Assembly (NCBI GenBank): GCA_964383765.1
Contig: CAYLHT010000004.1
Coordinates: 3,539 to 67,538 of the forward strand
Direction of reading: 5' to 3'
Source of the DNA: an uncultured Gammaproteobacteria bacterium
GTDB taxonomy: Bacteria > Patescibacteriota > Patescibacteriia > SBBC01 > CAIJZX01
DNA: 64,000 nt
Part shown: piece by piece, positions 18,924-29,452 of the stretch
Layout of the letters: each line of letters begins with the position of its first letter
How positions within the stretch are numbered: position 1 is the first letter of the stretch
Notes under the pieces: model-generated
Told to the model about the DNA's origin: nothing
Database searches by the model: none
Seen by the model: the letters and a program-made list of their open reading frames with translations, nothing else
Translations under genes and position numbers: made by a program

Positions 18924-18958
18924 GAAGTATTTGTAGCGTGAGCAGTATAGCGGAGGGC

Positions 18959-19465
18959 TTATTGTCTGTCAATCTCGACTGGATTGCCGATCGAGAGGTG
19001 CTGGGCAGCAATAAACCCGGCATTCACCTCGAGCACCGCGCTGGCCGGGGTTTTCGGTTGGTAAATACGCAAGTCAGTTATCGCTTGCCCCGCCGCCGGG
19101 GGTTGGACATTGGCCGTCAAATCAACAATCTGACCTTGGTCAATCCAAATGAAATCCAGTGGGATGAGCATGTCCTTCATCCAAAACTGGTACTCGCCTG
19201 GGTGATCGTAGAGCCAGAGCATACCGCTGCCCGCGGCTAAGCCCGTCCGCCCTCCCAAGCCCTTCGCTTGTAGTTCGGGGCTGAGCCGTACTTCAGCCGT
19301 GATGGTGGTATCAGAAAATTTTACTTTGGCTTGACCATAACCAGACGCGCCTGAAGATGGACCGAGGTGTCGTTGGCCAAGATAGGCTTTGATGTCTGGC
19401 CAGGCGCTCACAACCACGACGACAATAGCCAGAATGAAAGCAATTCCATACCAATTACCTTTCAT
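18959..19465 (-). CDS. DUF192 (COG1430) family protein
   Basis: MLIPLDFIWIDQGQIV motif typical of DUF192. N-terminal TM helix. 168 aa. Confidence 0.55.
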   Translation of the reverse strand: MKGNWYGIAFILAIVVVVVSAWPDIKAYLGQRHLGPSSGASGYGQAKVKFSDTTITAEVRLSPELQAKGLGGRTGLAAGSGMLWLYDHPGEYQFWMKDMLIPLDFIWIDQGQIVDLTANVQPPAAGQAITDLRIYQPKTPASAVLEVNAGFIAAQHLSIGNPVEIDRQ

Positions 19466-20573
19466 GGTGACTGCGTTGAATCCGAAGTGAGACCCATATG
19501 ACTAATGCTATCATTAGGACCAGTAACATGGCCAGCACATAGACCTTGGATTTGCCGCTCACAAATAACGTTGAGAGGCCAAAGACCAGGGTGACCAAGT
19601 ACAGTAAGCTCACCGTTTGTCGAGTTGATAAGCCGGCATCTAGCAAGCGGAAATGTAAGTGACTCCGATCAGCCGTCTCGAGTGGTGAAGTATGGCGACG
19701 AACGCGCTGGAAAATCACCCACAGCAAATCGAGAATGGGCAGCCCGAGAATGAGGAGTGCAGTGGCAATTTTTCCACCAGACACGATCGAAAGTATCCCT
19801 AAGCTGAATCCAATAAAGAGCGAGCCGCTTTCGCCTAGGAAGATCTTAGCTGGATGCCAATTCCAAACCAGAAATCCGAGACAGGCACCGGCGAGTGCCA
19901 AGGCCATGATGGCCACGCCAGGTTGATTGACCTCAGGTCGAAGTGTCAGTAAAAAAATGACGACTGCCCCAATCGCGCCGAACCCACTTACTAAACCATC
20001 CAGACCATCCAGGATTTTCGTCGTGTACATAGCGCCCAGCAACCAGACCAAGGTGAACAGATCGGCCCACAAGGTCAGGTGGTAGTTGATCCCATGCCAG
20101 GTGAAGACTGACCATTGCGCTCGATCAAGATACAAGACCCCACCAAAAGGGTTAGTGATAAATTTCACCCCGACTCCGGCCGCCACCATCACCAAAGCAG
20201 CGATGACCGCCCAAACCAGTTGTCGACGCGGACTTAAGTTGAATCGGTCATCGAGCGAACCAATAACTGCAATCACCAGACTGGCGATGAGTACTCCCCA
20301 CAGGGCTTTCGTCGTAACATCGCTTGTGTCATGTTGGTGAGGGACCAGCCACCACCACATTGCGTTCGCCACGATCAGAATCGCTAGGCCACCCAGCAGC
20401 GGTGTTGGTCGGCGGTGGCGCTTACGCAGCGGCGCGCTGGTCGGGTCATCCATTGCCCCCCAACGCTGTGCCCACCACCCAATCACCGGCGTTAAGACTA
20501 CCGTCGCCACAAAACTAACAATCAACGCCAGGAGTTGATGATTAGTCACGGTGGTGCTGCAGATAGGACTCAA
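19455..20573 (-). CDS. Glycosyltransferase family 4 phospho-sugar transferase (MraY/WecA-like)
   Basis: Polytopic, with DDxxN-like SLDDRFNLS and GLDGL motifs. 372 aa. Confidence 0.6.
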   Translation of the reverse strand: MSPICSTTVTNHQLLALIVSFVATVVLTPVIGWWAQRWGAMDDPTSAPLRKRHRRPTPLLGGLAILIVANAMWWWLVPHQHDTSDVTTKALWGVLIASLVIAVIGSLDDRFNLSPRRQLVWAVIAALVMVAAGVGVKFITNPFGGVLYLDRAQWSVFTWHGINYHLTLWADLFTLVWLLGAMYTTKILDGLDGLVSGFGAIGAVVIFLLTLRPEVNQPGVAIMALALAGACLGFLVWNWHPAKIFLGESGSLFIGFSLGILSIVSGGKIATALLILGLPILDLLWVIFQRVRRHTSPLETADRSHLHFRLLDAGLSTRQTVSLLYLVTLVFGLSTLFVSGKSKVYVLAMLLVLMIALVIWVSLRIQRSHHER

Positions 20574-20946
20574 CTAAGAGCTGAGCTACGCGGCTATCCT
20601 CCTCTCCGCGTTTCATCTTTTGGCCGACGTGTTCCCGTTGGACAGCCTGAGTCGAAAAACGTTCGTCCTGTTTCACGATCGGGACAGACAGTCCACTTGA
20701 GACAGCCATAAGGAATTCATCAACAATCTTCACTTGTGGTCCAGCTGATCCGTCCGTATTCAGCGGCCAGCCAGCTATAATCGTTGTAATTTTGTCGTGC
20801 TGAATGATGCGCTCGAGCAGTGACTTGGCATCAGACCATGAATTGATCAACCAAGCCGGCCGCGTAAATGCAAAACCAGTGTCAGTATCCCCGACCGCCA
20901 CGCCGATTTTCTTGGTGCCGACATCAAGCCCCAAAATCTTACTCAT
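20542..20946 (-). CDS. ruvX: Holliday junction resolvase-like protein RuvX/YqgF
   Basis: KILGLDVGTKKIGVAVGD is the RuvX N-terminus. Start chosen at the internal Met (ATG 20946..20944), overlapping the map stop. The six-frame ORF's 5' extension is rejected. Confidence 0.7.
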   Translation of the reverse strand: MSKILGLDVGTKKIGVAVGDTDTGFAFTRPAWLINSWSDAKSLLERIIQHDKITTIIAGWPLNTDGSAGPQVKIVDEFLMAVSSGLSVPIVKQDERFSTQAVQREHVGQKMKRGEEDSRVAQLLVESYLQHHRD

Positions 20947-21688
20947 GGGTGATGATCTCCGCACCGTCTTTTGAAACGAGGACGGTGTGTTCGAAATGAG
21001 CCGCCAGACTGCCATCGCGGGTGACGACGGTCCAGCCGTCAGCTTCAACATCAACCTCGGGCCGGCCGGCCGTCACCATTGGCTCAATCGCCAGGACCAT
21101 GCCGATTTGGATTTTCGGCCCCCGGCCGGCCGGCCCGACGTTAAATATCGTGGGCGGTTCGTGGACAGCCTTGCCCACGCCGTGGCCAGTGAGCTGGGTG
21201 ACAATTCCAAATCCAAATGGCTTGAGATAGTCTTCGATAGCCGCGCCGATATCGCCAATGTGGTGTCCAGGTTTAACTGCTTTCAGCCCCGCGGTTAAAG
21301 ATTCACGCGTCGCGTCTACTAACTTTTGGGCCGCGCTATCAATCTGCCCAACTGCAACCGTCACTGCGTGATCACTAAACAGACCCTGGTAGTTCACCCC
21401 GATATCAAGGCCAACAATATCGCCGGTCTTGAGTTGACGTTGTGGAGATGGCAAGCCGTGCACGACCTCGTTGTTGATTGACGTGCACAGACTGGCGGGA
21501 AACCCATTAAAACCCAAAAAGGACGGTTCCGCGCCGGCTTGCCGAATGTAGCTTTCCGCAATTTCATCCAGCGCTTTCGTGCTCACGCCTGGTTTAACCG
21601 CTCGCACGACTGTCTGAAGCGCTTGGGCGGCAATCTGCCCACTCCGACGCAATTTGGCTATGTCGTTTTCAGTCGTGAGGGTAGCCAT
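20939..21688 (-). CDS. map: Methionine aminopeptidase type I
   Basis: Metal-binding residues in conserved context (HGVGKAVHE, FTIEP-like IEPMV). 249 aa. Confidence 0.85.
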   Translation of the reverse strand: MATLTTENDIAKLRRSGQIAAQALQTVVRAVKPGVSTKALDEIAESYIRQAGAEPSFLGFNGFPASLCTSINNEVVHGLPSPQRQLKTGDIVGLDIGVNYQGLFSDHAVTVAVGQIDSAAQKLVDATRESLTAGLKAVKPGHHIGDIGAAIEDYLKPFGFGIVTQLTGHGVGKAVHEPPTIFNVGPAGRGPKIQIGMVLAIEPMVTAGRPEVDVEADGWTVVTRDGSLAAHFEHTVLVSKDGAEIITHE

Positions 21689-22335
21689 GAGTGCCGCGCC
21701 AGTTCTTTTTTGATGTGCTGATACACAATATGAATGCTTGGCTGGGCATCGATGTGAATAATCGGGACTTTACCATGAATCCACGTTAACATCGGCTCTG
21801 TTTCTTGTCGGGTCCAACGCAAACGTTTTCGAATCGCATGCGGAGTATCATCGTCACGCTGACGCAGCTTCAGACCGTCGTGATCACAAAACCCACGTCG
21901 TTTTTTCGGTGGATCGTGACGAATGTGGTAAACGTGCCCCCGCGGGCACACGCGACGGCCAGACAAACGGTGAATGGCTTTTTCGTCAGTTAATTCGAGT
22001 TGGATGATGATAAACGGCTTGGCGTAACGCATGAATGGCAGGACCTGCCCCATTCGTCGCGGGTACCCATCCACAATCCAACCGTGGCGAGCGTCAGGCT
22101 GGGATAAACGTTTCTTGACCACCGCGTTTGTGTTTCGGTCGGGTATCAAGCTCCCAGAATTCATGGTTGAGGTAATCCGCTTACCCAGCGGTGTGCCTTC
22201 TGCCATTTCACGCCGAAGTTCATCCCCAGCCGAGACGTGGGGAATATGAAAATAGCGCGATAGCAAGGCTGACTGTGTACCTTTGCCTGACCCTTGGGGT
22301 CCAAGCACAACAATATGTGGGGCCTGTTTCTTCAC
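21658..22335 (-). CDS. adk: Adenylate kinase with Zn-binding lid
   Basis: P-loop GPQGSGKGTQ, and a lid CPRGHVYH...CDHDG. Confidence 0.8.
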   Translation of the reverse strand: MKKQAPHIVVLGPQGSGKGTQSALLSRYFHIPHVSAGDELRREMAEGTPLGKRITSTMNSGSLIPDRNTNAVVKKRLSQPDARHGWIVDGYPRRMGQVLPFMRYAKPFIIIQLELTDEKAIHRLSGRRVCPRGHVYHIRHDPPKKRRGFCDHDGLKLRQRDDDTPHAIRKRLRWTRQETEPMLTWIHGKVPIIHIDAQPSIHIVYQHIKKELARHSWLPSRLKTT

Positions 22336-22367
22336 CGGCTCAGTATATCACAGAGGATTCAAACACC

Positions 22368-23645
22368 TTAGAAACCTTCGTAATCTCGTACAATCAACTG
22401 GGATTCGATTTGTTTGACGGTTTCGATCACCACGCTGACCACGATCAGCAATGACGTCCCACCAACCACTAACGTCGTGATGTTGGTGAAGCGCTGGACC
22501 AAGTTAGGCAGAATTGCAATCGCGCCCAAGAAAAGTGCTCCGGCCAGGATGATGCGATTCGTAACATACGACAAATATTCAGCTGTTTGTCGCCCGGGTC
22601 GAATACCCGGAATGAATCCACCTTGTTTTTGTAAGTTTTCAGAAACTTGGTTGGGTTGGAAGACAACGGCCGTATAGAAATACGTGAAGGCCACCACCAG
22701 TAAGAAATACAGCGAGTCATACAACCAGCCACCTTGGTGGAAAATCGTCGTTACTTGGGTAGCCAAGTGCTGCAGCCATGTAACTTTTGAACCAACAAAG
22801 AATTGCGCGACCAAAGATGGCATCAAGACCAATGAAATTGCAAAGATGATCGGAATCACGCCGGCCTGGTTAACACGCAATGGCAAAAACGTGTCAGCCC
22901 CGCCCACGATTTGGGTCCCACGTACGCGCCGAGCATAGTTGACCGGAACTTTCCGAACCGCTTCAGTCACGAACACGACGCCGGCCACCGTCACAATTCC
23001 TAGCGCGACGAAGACGATCATTTCTAAAAGTTTTGAGCTATCAAAAACAGCAATCGAACGTTGGACCTGGGCTGGCAAACGGGCCACGATCCCAGCAAAG
23101 ATCATCAGTGAAATGCCGTTGCCAATTTTCTTTTCAGAAATCAACTCACCCAACCACATTAAGAAAATCGTTCCAGCCGTGATGGTAATAATCGCGGTCA
23201 CAAATTGAAAGGTGGTTAGGTTTGGCAAAATACTGCCACTCGCCCGCCGGATCAAGGTGATCGTGCCGTACCCTTGGAGGGCGGCTAACGGCACCGTCAG
23301 ATATCTCGTCCACTGGTTGATTTTTTCTTGACCGCGTTCTCCTTCCTTCGAAAGCTTTTCTAGGGACGGGACGATCATTGTCAACAATTGGAAAATAATC
23401 GAGGCGGTGATGTAAGGGCCAACCGCTAACATCACGACTGAGAACGTATCATAACTGCCGCCGGAAAAGACGTTGAGTAATCCCAAAAACTGGTTGGTTT
23501 GGAAGAAATTCTTGAGTGCAACCAGATTGACGCCTGGAATCGGAATGTGGGCGGTCAGTCGGAAAATAAACAACAACCCGAGCACGAACAGGATTTTATT
23601 GCGGACTTCTTTAATTTTCCAAACCAGGGCGAGTTTTTGCCACAT
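22368..23645 (-). CDS. secY: Preprotein translocase SecY
   Basis: 425 aa, 10 TM helices. Positioned after rplO as in the spc operon. Confidence 0.85.
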   Translation of the reverse strand: MWQKLALVWKIKEVRNKILFVLGLLFIFRLTAHIPIPGVNLVALKNFFQTNQFLGLLNVFSGGSYDTFSVVMLAVGPYITASIIFQLLTMIVPSLEKLSKEGERGQEKINQWTRYLTVPLAALQGYGTITLIRRASGSILPNLTTFQFVTAIITITAGTIFLMWLGELISEKKIGNGISLMIFAGIVARLPAQVQRSIAVFDSSKLLEMIVFVALGIVTVAGVVFVTEAVRKVPVNYARRVRGTQIVGGADTFLPLRVNQAGVIPIIFAISLVLMPSLVAQFFVGSKVTWLQHLATQVTTIFHQGGWLYDSLYFLLVVAFTYFYTAVVFQPNQVSENLQKQGGFIPGIRPGRQTAEYLSYVTNRIILAGALFLGAIAILPNLVQRFTNITTLVVGGTSLLIVVSVVIETVKQIESQLIVRDYEGF

Positions 23646-23647
23646 GG

Positions 23648-24127
23648 CTATTTGGATTTGGGTTGCTTGGTTTCCGTTGGTTTGGGAGTCAGAACCACCG
23701 CTTGCCCGCCAGCCTTAGTAATCGCGGCGGCGGCGCCGGCCGAAAATTTATTGGCTTTAACAGTTAGTTTCTTCTTGAAGTCGGCTTGGCCAATGACTTT
23801 GTAACCATAGACCGGATTGCCGATCATGCCAAGGTGGTGCAAACGATCGGCCGTGACTTGTTGGCCATCGCTAAATGCTGAATTGAGTTGCAGCAAGGTC
23901 ACGACCCCCATCCGTGGTCGTAAGCTCAAGAAACCACGATTCTTTGGCGTGCGTTCAATCAGGTGTTTCAGACCGCGACGAGTCAACTTATTGCGACCGC
24001 CCGTGCGGGCCCGTTGACCTTTGGTACCCCGGCCAGCCGTCGTGCCTTTACCGGAAGCGTTACCACGGCCCACGCGTTTATAGCGATGCCGGGACTGCGA
24101 GGGTTTCAGTGTGTGTAACTCGATCAT
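23648..24127 (-). CDS. rplO: 50S ribosomal protein L15
   Basis: Gly/Arg-rich N-terminus RGNASGKGTTAGRGTKGQ. Operon position. Confidence 0.85.
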   Translation of the reverse strand: MIELHTLKPSQSRHRYKRVGRGNASGKGTTAGRGTKGQRARTGGRNKLTRRGLKHLIERTPKNRGFLSLRPRMGVVTLLQLNSAFSDGQQVTADRLHHLGMIGNPVYGYKVIGQADFKKKLTVKANKFSAGAAAAITKAGGQAVVLTPKPTETKQPKSK

Positions 24128-24128
24128 A

Positions 24129-24650
24129 CTATTTTCCTCGCTCAGCCGCGGCTTGTTCGCGAGTCTTCAAGCGTTGTAAGGCCAGCATCACGGCGTAGAC
24201 ATTGTTGATCTTGTTGGATGATCCGAGAATCTTACCGACAACGTTCTTGACGCCAGCCAATTCCATCATCAAACGCACCGGACCGCCGGCGATAACGCCG
24301 CTACCTTTTGGAGCGGGTTTGAGCAGAATTTTGGCAGCGCCGTGTTTGACCAGAATCGGGTGCGGAATGGTTTCGTTCACCATTGGGACCGTAATCATCT
24401 TCTTCTTGGCGGCGGTTACGGCTTTCTGGATCGCGCCGGAGACATCGTTGCCTTTGGCAATGCCAATTCCTAAGCGACCTTTCTGGTCGCCAATCGCAAT
24501 CGTGGCGCGGAAGCGCATGCGTTTACCGCCGGCCACCACGCGCGTCACGCGGGCCAGGTCAATGGTCTTCTGTTCGAACTCGCGTGGTTCGCGCGGTCCG
24601 GATCGGCGGCGTCGGCCGCCGCCACGTTGTTGGGCTGAAGGAAGTGCCAT
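24129..24650 (-). CDS. rpsE: 30S ribosomal protein S5
   Basis: S5 dsRBD and C-terminal domain (VVAGGKRMRFRA..., GSGVIAGG). Followed directly by L15; there is no L30 gene. Confidence 0.85.
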   Translation of the reverse strand: MALPSAQQRGGGRRRRSGPREPREFEQKTIDLARVTRVVAGGKRMRFRATIAIGDQKGRLGIGIAKGNDVSGAIQKAVTAAKKKMITVPMVNETIPHPILVKHGAAKILLKPAPKGSGVIAGGPVRLMMELAGVKNVVGKILGSSNKINNVYAVMLALQRLKTREQAAAERGK

Positions 24651-24654
24651 ACGT

Positions 24655-25011
24655 TTAGAAAGTTAATCCGGCTTGACGCGCGGCCTCGGCTAAGGCTTTG
24701 ACTCGGCCGTGGTAACGATGACCGCCGCGATCGAACACGACTGAGGAAATCTTCTGGGCTTTGGCTTTGGTCGCCAATTCGGTGCCGACGGCCGCAGCCA
24801 ATTCGGACTTTTTGCCTTTGGTCTTGAGTGTCAGATCTGAAACGCTGATTAAAGTTTTGCTAGCCATATCATCAATCAACTGAGCGCTGATATGTTTCAG
24901 ACTACGAAACACTGCCAGACGTGGTCGTTCAGCTGTGCCGCTCACGTTGGCCCGAATCCGGGCGTGGCGGAAACGTCGGGCGGTGTGTTTGGAGGTAGTG
25001 CGAAGTGACAT
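24655..25011 (-). CDS. rplR: 50S ribosomal protein L18
   Basis: [18 protein letters not shown]..., and C-terminal [17 protein letters not shown]. Confidence 0.85.
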   Translation of the reverse strand: MSLRTTSKHTARRFRHARIRANVSGTAERPRLAVFRSLKHISAQLIDDMASKTLISVSDLTLKTKGKKSELAAAVGTELATKAKAQKISSVVFDRGGHRYHGRVKALAEAARQAGLTF

Positions 25012-25014
25012 AGA

Positions 25015-25566
25015 TTATTTGGCGCCAGCGGCTTTCACAACTTTACCGGCTTTACGGCGAATGACTTCATCGGAGTACTTAATACCTTTGCCTTTGTAGG
25101 GTTCGGGTTCTTTGAAACGACGAATTTTGGCGGCGGTCTCACCTACGAGTTGTTTATCAATCCCGGACACGGTCATCGTATTCTTTTCCACGGTCACGGT
25201 CACACCCTCTGGTACCATGAATTCAATCGGGTGGGAGAACCCCAGGTTAAGCGTCAGTTTTTGTCCGCTAACCGCCGCTTTGAAGCCAACACCGTTGATT
25301 TCGAGTTTAACTTGGAAGCCGGTGGTCACGCCGGTCACCGCATTCGCGATTAACATTCGCCACAGCCCCCACAGCGCCCGGTCATCTTGGTGGTCTGGGT
25401 GTTTGACGCTGATCGTCAGCTGGTTGTCAGCTTGAGCAATCTGAATATGCCGGTGCAGCACTAAATTGAGGCTACCTTTTGGTCCTTTCACTTCAGCCGT
25501 TTGGCCGTTGACGGTGACCGTCACGCCGGCTGGGACTGGAATCGGAAGTTTACCAATACGTGACAT
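25015..25566 (-). CDS. rplF: 50S ribosomal protein L6
   Basis: MSRIGKLPIPVPAGV... is the canonical L6 N-terminus. Confidence 0.85.
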   Translation of the reverse strand: MSRIGKLPIPVPAGVTVTVNGQTAEVKGPKGSLNLVLHRHIQIAQADNQLTISVKHPDHQDDRALWGLWRMLIANAVTGVTTGFQVKLEINGVGFKAAVSGQKLTLNLGFSHPIEFMVPEGVTVTVEKNTMTVSGIDKQLVGETAAKIRRFKEPEPYKGKGIKYSDEVIRRKAGKVVKAAGAK

Positions 25567-25571
25567 AAAGT

Positions 25572-25955
25572 TTAGGAAATTTCACACAAGACTTCGCCGC
25601 CGAGTTTGGCGTGACGGGCCTCATCGGCGGTCATCAAACCTTTGGGGGTGGAGATAATCGCCATGCCCAGGCCGCCTTTGACGCGCGGCAACTGATCACG
25701 TTTGACGTACACCCGGCGACCAGGCGTTGAGATCCGGCGCAAGTGTTCCATCACCGGTTGGTTATTGTTGAATTTCAACAGCAACTTGAGCGAGCGGTTC
25801 TGATCGAGACTGGCTAAACCGATAATCCAGCCTTCGCGTTCGAGCAATTGCGCCATGGCGTACTTCAACTTTGAGTACGGCAGCACCACCTCGCGCTGGC
25901 CGGCGAGTTGCGCGTTGCGGATACGAGTCAGGAAATCGGCGATCGGGTCAGTCAT
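25572..25955 (-). CDS. rpsH: 30S ribosomal protein S8
   Basis: MTDPIADFLTRIRNA... is the canonical S8 N-terminus. Confidence 0.85.
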   Translation of the reverse strand: MTDPIADFLTRIRNAQLAGQREVVLPYSKLKYAMAQLLEREGWIIGLASLDQNRSLKLLLKFNNNQPVMEHLRRISTPGRRVYVKRDQLPRVKGGLGMAIISTPKGLMTADEARHAKLGGEVLCEIS

Positions 25956-25959
25956 AGGA

Positions 25960-26145
25960 TTACCAAGAAGCTTTGATCACGCCCGGGATATCGCCCTTAT
26001 TGGCGAGTTCGCGGAAGCAGATGCGGCAGAGTTGAAAATCACGTAAGTAGCCACGCCGCCGACCACAGCGCCAACAGCGTCGAACAATTCGCGAAGAATA
26101 TTTCGGAGCGCGAGCGGATTTTGCAATTTGTGCGGCAGTAGCCAT
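25960..26145 (-). CDS. rpsZ: 30S ribosomal protein S14, zinc-binding type Z
   Basis: 61 aa with [20 protein letters not shown] (C4 zinc motif). Confidence 0.85.
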   Translation of the reverse strand: MATAAQIAKSARAPKYSSRIVRRCWRCGRRRGYLRDFQLCRICFRELANKGDIPGVIKASW

Positions 26146-26148
26146 AGG

Positions 26149-26700
26149 TTAGCGGGTGGATGAACTAAATGGAAAACCAAGTTGAGTCAGAAGCGCTTTA
26201 CCCAGCGGGGCGGATTTCGCTGAGGTCACGATTGAAATTTCTAATCCGTGAATGTGTTCGACTTCATCACTGCGAATTTCCGGGAAGACGACGTTTTCTC
26301 GCAAGCCGACGGTCAACACGCCAGACTTTCCAAACCCTTTCGGATCAATCCCGTGAAAATCACGGACGCGCGGCAGCGTAATATTGATGAACTTATCCAG
26401 GAATTCCCACATCCGGGCGCCACGTAAGGTGACTTTCGCGCCGATCACCAACCCAGCTCGAATTTTGAAAGCGGCAATTGATTTTTTAGCCGCAGTGGTG
26501 ACAGGTTTCTGACCACTAATTCGTGTTAAGGTCGAGAGCGCGGTTTCTTGGTGCTTCGGATCTTTCAAATGCTTGCCAAATCCAACGTTGAGGACTATTT
26601 TCGAAATTGTGGGCACGGCCATAGCGTTCGCCAGCTGGAACTCTTTTTGGAGCGCCGGCACTACGTCCTTGCGATAGCGTTCGAGTAAACGAGGGGTCAT
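26149..26700 (-). CDS. rplE: 50S ribosomal protein L5
   Basis: Start taken at the internal MTPRLLERYRKDVVP (ATG 26700..26698), adjacent to the L24 stop. The six-frame extension to 26751 overlaps rplX. Confidence 0.8.
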   Translation of the reverse strand: MTPRLLERYRKDVVPALQKEFQLANAMAVPTISKIVLNVGFGKHLKDPKHQETALSTLTRISGQKPVTTAAKKSIAAFKIRAGLVIGAKVTLRGARMWEFLDKFINITLPRVRDFHGIDPKGFGKSGVLTVGLRENVVFPEIRSDEVEHIHGLEISIVTSAKSAPLGKALLTQLGFPFSSSTR

Positions 26701-26701
26701 A

Positions 26702-27019
26702 TTAGCTGAGAGATTCTTTCGTCCGAACAGCGCGGCGGGTCCGCTTGCCATTGACGTTCATTGATCCGACTCGCGTTGGTTGGTTGGATTTCGGGTCGAT
26801 CAACATGACATTCGACAGATGCACCGGAGCATTGTACTGAACGCGTTGACCTTGATCGCCGGTTTTGCGAGCCCGGACGTTCTTGGTGGCTGAGTTGATC
26901 CCATCGACCACTACTTTCCATTCGGACGGCAAGACCTGCAGGACTTTCCCCTTTTTGCCTTTGTCCTTGCCGGTCAGGATCAGGACCTGGTCGCCAGTTT
27001 TAATCTTTGGTCGCGACAT
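26702..27019 (-). CDS. rplX: 50S ribosomal protein L24
   Basis: [28 protein letters not shown] motif. Confidence 0.85.
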   Translation of the reverse strand: MSRPKIKTGDQVLILTGKDKGKKGKVLQVLPSEWKVVVDGINSATKNVRARKTGDQGQRVQYNAPVHLSNVMLIDPKSNQPTRVGSMNVNGKRTRRAVRTKESLS

Positions 27020-27020
27020 A

Positions 27021-27392
27021 TTACAGTACTTCCGGCGCTAAGGAAATAATCTTGGTGAAGCCTTTGGCTTTGAGTTCACGGGCGACCGGTCCGAAGATAC
27101 GGGTGCCTTTCGGTTCTTTTGACTTCGGGTCGACGATCACGCCGGCATTGTCAGAGAAACGGATGTAACTGCCATCAGCCCGGCGGTATTCTTTACGCTG
27201 GCGGATGATCACCATGTGGACCACGTCACCTTTTTTGACGGCGGCGTGCGGTGTAGCTTCTTTGACTGAGCCGGTCACGATGTCACCCAGCTGGCCGTAG
27301 CGCTTTTTGTAGCCGCCCCACACCCGGAAGACCGCCACGCGCCGAGCGCCGGTGTTGTCAGCTGGAGTCAGAATAGTACGGAGTTGAACCAT
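27021..27392 (-). CDS. rplN: 50S ribosomal protein L14
   Basis: [19 protein letters not shown]... is the canonical L14 N-terminus. Confidence 0.85.
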   Translation of the reverse strand: MVQLRTILTPADNTGARRVAVFRVWGGYKKRYGQLGDIVTGSVKEATPHAAVKKGDVVHMVIIRQRKEYRRADGSYIRFSDNAGVIVDPKSKEPKGTRIFGPVARELKAKGFTKIISLAPEVL

Positions 27393-27394
27393 AG

Positions 27395-27649
27395 TTAGGA
27401 GAGTTTGCGAATCACGCGCCAGCGCTTCGTCTTCGAGAGCGGCCGCGTTTCTTCAATCACCACGCGATCACCCGTTTGGTACTGCTTGGTTTCATCATGC
27501 GCTGCTAAACGACGCGAGACACCAAATTGTTTGCCGTATTTCGGATGCGTCAGGACCCGGTCAATTCGAACCACCACAGTCTTGGCCATTTTATCGGACA
27601 CGACGGTACCATTCAGTTGACGGCGGCGGGCAGTTGTGGAATTCGACAT
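27395..27649 (-). CDS. rpsQ: 30S ribosomal protein S17
   Basis: [23 protein letters not shown]-fold signature. Confidence 0.85.
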   Translation of the reverse strand: MSNSTTARRRQLNGTVVSDKMAKTVVVRIDRVLTHPKYGKQFGVSRRLAAHDETKQYQTGDRVVIEETRPLSKTKRWRVIRKLS

Positions 27650-27653
27650 ACGT

Positions 27654-27866
27654 TTAGGCAGACTTCGGTGATTGAGGCTTCGATTTGAGCTGTTGAATTT
27701 TGGTCATGATGCGCGCGATTTCGTGTTTAGCCTGACGGAGTTGGCGGACATTTTTCTGCTGACCTTGGCTGACACTGAACCGGAGCGTGCGCAGGTGTTC
27801 ACGGCTGGTCGCGAGCAAGCGTTCCAGTTCCGGCTGACCTTTGCGATTGATTTCGTTCCAGTCCAT
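27654..27866 (-). CDS. rpmC: 50S ribosomal protein L29
   Basis: 70 aa. ELERLLATSREHLRTLRF is L29-like. Confidence 0.8.
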   Translation of the reverse strand: MDWNEINRKGQPELERLLATSREHLRTLRFSVSQGQQKNVRQLRQAKHEIARIMTKIQQLKSKPQSPKSA

Positions 27867-27875
27867 AGTCAGGCG

Positions 27876-28289
27876 CTATGCTCCCTCACGTTGAATAAAC
27901 TTGGTTTTGACCGGCAGTTTGTAGGCGGCTAGTTGCATAGCTTCACGCGCGACCTCTTCTTTGACGCCGTCCATTTCGAATAACATGGTGCCAGGTTTCA
28001 CGACGGCCACGAAGTGATCAACTGCGCCTTTGCCGCCCCCCATCCGGATTTCGTTACCTTTGATGGTCACGGGTTTATCAGGGAAAATACGGATCCAGAT
28101 TTTGCCACCGCGTTGCACGAAGCGGGTCATAGCACGGCGAGCGGCTTCGATCTGGCGCGCCGTCACCCAACGTGCCTCGGCCGATTTCAAGCCATAGGTC
28201 CCGAAGGCCAAGCTAATCTTGTCCGTGGCTTTACCGCGGACGCGGCCGCGGTGCCATTTACGATGTTTGACCTTCTTGGGGAGTAACAT
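27876..28289 (-). CDS. rplP: 50S ribosomal protein L16
   Basis: [21 protein letters not shown] is the canonical L16 N-terminus. Confidence 0.85.
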   Translation of the reverse strand: MLLPKKVKHRKWHRGRVRGKATDKISLAFGTYGLKSAEARWVTARQIEAARRAMTRFVQRGGKIWIRIFPDKPVTIKGNEIRMGGGKGAVDHFVAVVKPGTMLFEMDGVKEEVAREAMQLAAYKLPVKTKFIQREGA

Positions 28290-28291
28290 AC

Positions 28292-28942
28292 TTACTTAGG
28301 TTGATCCTTAAACACTTCACCTTTGTAAATCCAGACTTTGATGCCGATCTTGCCGTAGGTCGTCTGAGCTTCGCCGCGAGCATAATCAATGTCAGCGCGC
28401 AGGGTTTGGAGTGGGAGACTGCCGCTGGCCAACATTTCCGTGCGGGCAATGTCGGCGCCGTTCAAACGACCGGCGACCATGACTTTCACGCCCTGGGCGC
28501 CGCCTTGGCTAACTTGGTCAATCGCCTGCTTAAGGACGCGGCGGAATGGAATACGTTTGGACAGTTGTTCAGCCATGTTCCCAACCATCACCTGCGCTGA
28601 TAATTCAGGCTTGTGAACTTCTTGGACGTTGAGCTTGACGTTGTACTTGCCCTGCCCCATCAGTAAGCGGCGTAAACCTTGGCGTAAGGATTCAATCCCC
28701 TGTCCGCCGCGGCCGATGACCACGCCGGGTTTTGAGGTATGAATCGTGACGGTCAAATTCTGGAGTGAGCGTTCAATATCAATCGCGGCCATACCGGCAT
28801 TCACCAGTTTCGTTTTCAAAAACTTGCGGATCATGATGTCTTGCTTCAGTAAGGCCGGAAAATTGCGCGCCGAAAACCATTTGGCATTCCAATTGCTGGT
28901 CACGCCGAGACGGAAACTCTTGGGATGAACTTTCTGACCCAT
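28292..28942 (-). CDS. rpsC: 30S ribosomal protein S3
   Basis: [14 protein letters not shown]..., with KH domain. Confidence 0.85.
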   Translation of the reverse strand: MGQKVHPKSFRLGVTSNWNAKWFSARNFPALLKQDIMIRKFLKTKLVNAGMAAIDIERSLQNLTVTIHTSKPGVVIGRGGQGIESLRQGLRRLLMGQGKYNVKLNVQEVHKPELSAQVMVGNMAEQLSKRIPFRRVLKQAIDQVSQGGAQGVKVMVAGRLNGADIARTEMLASGSLPLQTLRADIDYARGEAQTTYGKIGIKVWIYKGEVFKDQPK

Positions 28943-28943
28943 A

Positions 28944-29450
28944 TTATTCCTTTCCTTGGCGGCGAGTGGTTGAATCTTTAGCGCTGTGCACTTCAGCCGG
29001 AGTTGTGCTTGTTGGTTTCACGGCCTTGGTGGAAGTTTTTGGTTCAGCCGGAGCACCTTTGACGTCGTTCAGTTTCATCGGTTCTGATTCTTTCGGCTTG
29101 ACACCAGCTTTCGGTGGCGTCTGATCTTCTAAAATAATCGTGATGTGACTTGAACGCTTGAGAATTTCAGCGGCGCGGCCGAAGGCGCGAGGTTGGTACC
29201 GCTTCAAGCTCGGGCCTTCATTGGCGACGATCGATTTAATCCGCAATCCTTTGCGATCGAGTTTGAAATTGTGCTCGGCGTTGGCGATGGCTGAGTTCAA
29301 AAGTTTCAAAACTGGTTGAGCCGCGCCTTTGGGCAAGATTGTTAGTTGGTCAACGGCGCGATCAACCGGCAAGCCGCGCACCAAATCCACCACCAACCGC
29401 ACTTTGCGTGGGGCGACTCGGAGGTGACGAAGGTGAGCGCGGACTTCCAT
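28944..29450 (-). CDS. rplV: 50S ribosomal protein L22 with a roughly 55-aa low-complexity C-terminal extension
   Basis: MEVRAHLRHLRVAPRKVRLVVDLVRG core. The C-terminal tail is rich in K/P/T/A. Confidence 0.85.
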   Translation of the reverse strand: MEVRAHLRHLRVAPRKVRLVVDLVRGLPVDRAVDQLTILPKGAAQPVLKLLNSAIANAEHNFKLDRKGLRIKSIVANEGPSLKRYQPRAFGRAAEILKRSSHITIILEDQTPPKAGVKPKESEPMKLNDVKGAPAEPKTSTKAVKPTSTTPAEVHSAKDSTTRRQGKE

Positions 29451-29452
29451 AC